From Diploschistes diacapsis (taxonomy: Eukaryota): DNA of 48,384 nucleotides. Location: assembly GCA_023645945.1 (NCBI GenBank), contig JALAIB010000018.1:1-48384 (forward strand). The letters run 5' to 3'. This document shows, piece after piece, positions 45,856-48,384 of the stretch (positions are counted from its first letter, which is position 1; every line of letters begins with the position of its first letter). Position numbers and translations under genes: made by a program. Under the pieces are notes generated by a model. The model was not told where the DNA came from. It searched no databases and saw only the letters and a program-made list of their open reading frames with translations.

Positions 45856-47890
45856 ATGTACAGATCGTGCTTGGGCCCTGGATGCCTAAAATGTCACTTT
45901 TCTTCGAACTACACAGCAACGCCCGCGCGGAGACTCTATCGAAAGCCTCTACTTGTACCAAGATTCATCCAGACTGAGCGGCTCCAAGCGTTTGCGCCTC
46001 CTCCGCCATCCTCCCTACCAAAACCCGCTCCTCCAAAGACCTACAAACGCACGCAGAAATGGCTGCGCCGGTTCGTCTACTTAGCAGCAGGTTCCGCGGC
46101 CATATGGGCCTCCGATCGCCAGTTCTACGCTTCAGCACTGACTCGTAGTCTTCGAACCTTTACCACAGGAGCCATCGTCGCGACAGACTACAAGGTCAAC
46201 TTCCGCGAGAACCCGCCGTTTGCCGACTCGATAGAGGCATTGCACGCGAGGAACGCCACGCGCTTGTTCGATCTCTTGCGAACCAATGGCGGCCTGTACC
46301 TCAAGATCGGGCAGGCAATCGCAATGCAGAGCGCCGTGCTGCCGCCGGAATTCCAGAAGATGTTCTCGCGCATGTTCGACGATGCGCCGCAGAACGATTG
46401 GGCGGACGTACAGAGGGTCATACAGGAGGACTTTGGGAAATCTGCGGAAGAGCTGTTTGGAGTCTCGTATGATGTCGGAGATGGAAAAGCTCTCATGGAG
46501 CGGACGGCGAGAGCGAGCGCAAGCGTGGCGCAGGTGCATTGGGCGAGGCTCGCAGACGGAAGGGAGGTCGCGGTCAAGGTACAGAAGCGCGAGATTGCGA
46601 CTCAAGTCGGGTGGGACCTGTGGTCTTTCAAGTAGGTATATTCTCAGACGTGGTCGTATCGTTACTCACTGTTGCAGGATCGTCGCTTGGATATATTCGA
46701 AGTGGTTCGATATTCCCTTTTACACCCTGGTGCCTTATATCACAGATCGCCTGATGCTCGAGACGGATTTCGAAAATGAAGCGCAAAATGGAGAGCGCAT
46801 GGCTAAGCTCGTAAATTCAGATTCCCGACTACGCGACCGCGTGTATATCCCCAAAGTATATCACGAATTGAGCTCGAAACGCGTCATGACCGCGGAATGG
46901 ATCGAAGGAATTCGATTGTGGGATAAAGAAGGTATAACTCGCAAATGGCGCGGTGGATGGCGGGAAGGGAGTCCAGGATGTCACGGAGCGCCCTTGGATC
47001 CACCCAGCACCTTGGAAGTTCAGCGGGCCCCCAAGAAGCCAGTCGATGATGAATGGATGAAGCCTTCCCGGGATTGGTGGAAAGGCAAGGATGGGAAAGG
47101 TGGCTTGGGGTTGAACTTGAAGGAAGTCATGACGACAATGGTCGACCTCTTTTCCGCGCAGATGTTCCTTTGGGGCTGGGTACATTGCGACCCGCACCCC
47201 GGCAACATTTTCATTCGACGCCAACCTTCCGGCAAGCCGGAGCTCGTCCTCATCGATCACGGTCTGTACATCCACATGGACCCCAAGTTTCGCCATCAGT
47301 ACAGCCTCTTCTGGAAGAGTCTCATGACCTTTGACAATAAGACGATTGGCGAAATTGTCAAGAGCTGGGGAATCAACGCCCCAGACCTGTTCGCATCTGC
47401 GACCTTGATGCGGCCGTACCAGGGAGGAGACGGCATGACTTCCAAAGAGATTTCCCGGATGTCGAAGCAGGAACGACGGCAACGTTCCTACGAGATGCAG
47501 CAAAAGATGCGCAAGGGCATGAAGGAGATTCTGGGCGACGAGAACAAGTGGCCAAAGGAGCTAATCTTCATCGGACGCAACTTCAGGATCGTGCAGGGCA
47601 ACAATCAGTTCCTGGGATCGCCGGTGAATCGCGTCAAAATCACGGGCAGTTGGGCATCACGCGCCCTCGTCGAGAATCCAGATCTTTCGTGGAGCGAGAA
47701 GTTCAAGAATTTTGGCCGGCACATGATTTTCAAGCTCGTACTGTTTAGCAGCGACGTCGTCTTCTATACAAGCAAGGTGCGGCAATACTTTGGGTTCGGG
47801 GGCGGCATGGAGGACGACCTGGAGGCTTCGATGAAAGTCATGGCGAAGGACATGGGCGTTGAGCTCAACCACAGCGTTTTTGAGGGCTGA
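45856..47890 (+). CDS. ABC1/UbiB atypical protein kinase-like, probably mitochondrial (Mcp2/ADCK1-like); exons 45856-46631, 46678-47890
   Basis: NGGLYLKIGQ (KxGQ), ASASVAQVH (A-rich loop), VAVKVQ, ETDFENEAQN, VHCDPHPGNI, LIDHGLY; basic N-terminal leader. Phase-2 intron 46632-46677 (GTAGGT..CTCAC..CAG). Confidence 0.93.
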
Positions 47891-48260
47891 ATGTGATTGT
47901 GTTATAGCATTTAGAGATATAGATACCCGACATAGACCTAAGGTATAAGATAAAACAGCACAGGAGTAAAAAGGGTAAAAAGGGTGTGTGGGCATCTCTA
48001 CTTTCAGCGGAAGGTCTGGCTCTGAGAAAATCCTTCACCGTCGAATTGTACAACGTGACACAGCATTCCATTATCTCAGAAAACAGATAATCAAATATAC
48101 ACGCAAGTAGTTTGTTGTCTACGGTGTAAAATGTTCTGAGCCAGCACAGCGGTTGTCCCAACATTCAGAAAACTCACCCCCAAGATCGGGGCAAATGGAC
48201 GAATTTTCCCATCCCCATCCAAGCCGCTCCCCTTCCCAAGACCCGATCCATATTCCGTCC

Positions 48261-48296
48261 ACCTCGACCTCGACCTCGACCTCGACCTCAACCTCA
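48261..48296. repeat. (ACCTCG)n hexanucleotide microsatellite
   Basis: acctcgacctcgacctcgacctcgacctcaacctca. Confidence 0.9.
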
Positions 48297-48384
48297 TCCC
48301 AAGCCACCGACCCCTCCCACGCATCCCCCGTTCCACCGTCTTCCAACCTCCTAGACGACGTCTTCGGATCCCCCGAGCCAGAGC

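Overview
Genomic DNA from a filamentous ascomycete (Pezizomycotina), judged from short GT-AG introns with CTRAC/CTRAY branch points and typical fungal gene families. The right third (32-48 kb) looks like conserved core genome: a ~2225-aa disordered FYV8-like protein (3 exons), palI/RIM9, an aquaglyceroporin and an ABC1/UbiB atypical kinase. The left two thirds look accessory. Intact genes there are a GPI-anchored Ser/Thr-rich wall protein, a coiled-coil hypothetical, a HerA/FtsK-like P-loop ATPase, a DHA1 MFS transporter and a YAT amino-acid permease, interspersed with several frameshifted gene relics. The most striking element is a spliced gene (23596-26999) fusing three C2H2 zinc fingers to a chymotrypsin-fold (Ssy5/Nal1-like) serine protease with an intact His-Asp-Ser triad. 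It lies tail-to-tail with the amino-acid permease, whose promoter holds a 138-bp tandem duplication carrying CreA- and GATA-type sites, followed by a pseudogene of the same protease family. No rRNA, tRNA, CRISPR array or intact transposon was recognised. All family calls come from motif recognition by eye, with no database search.
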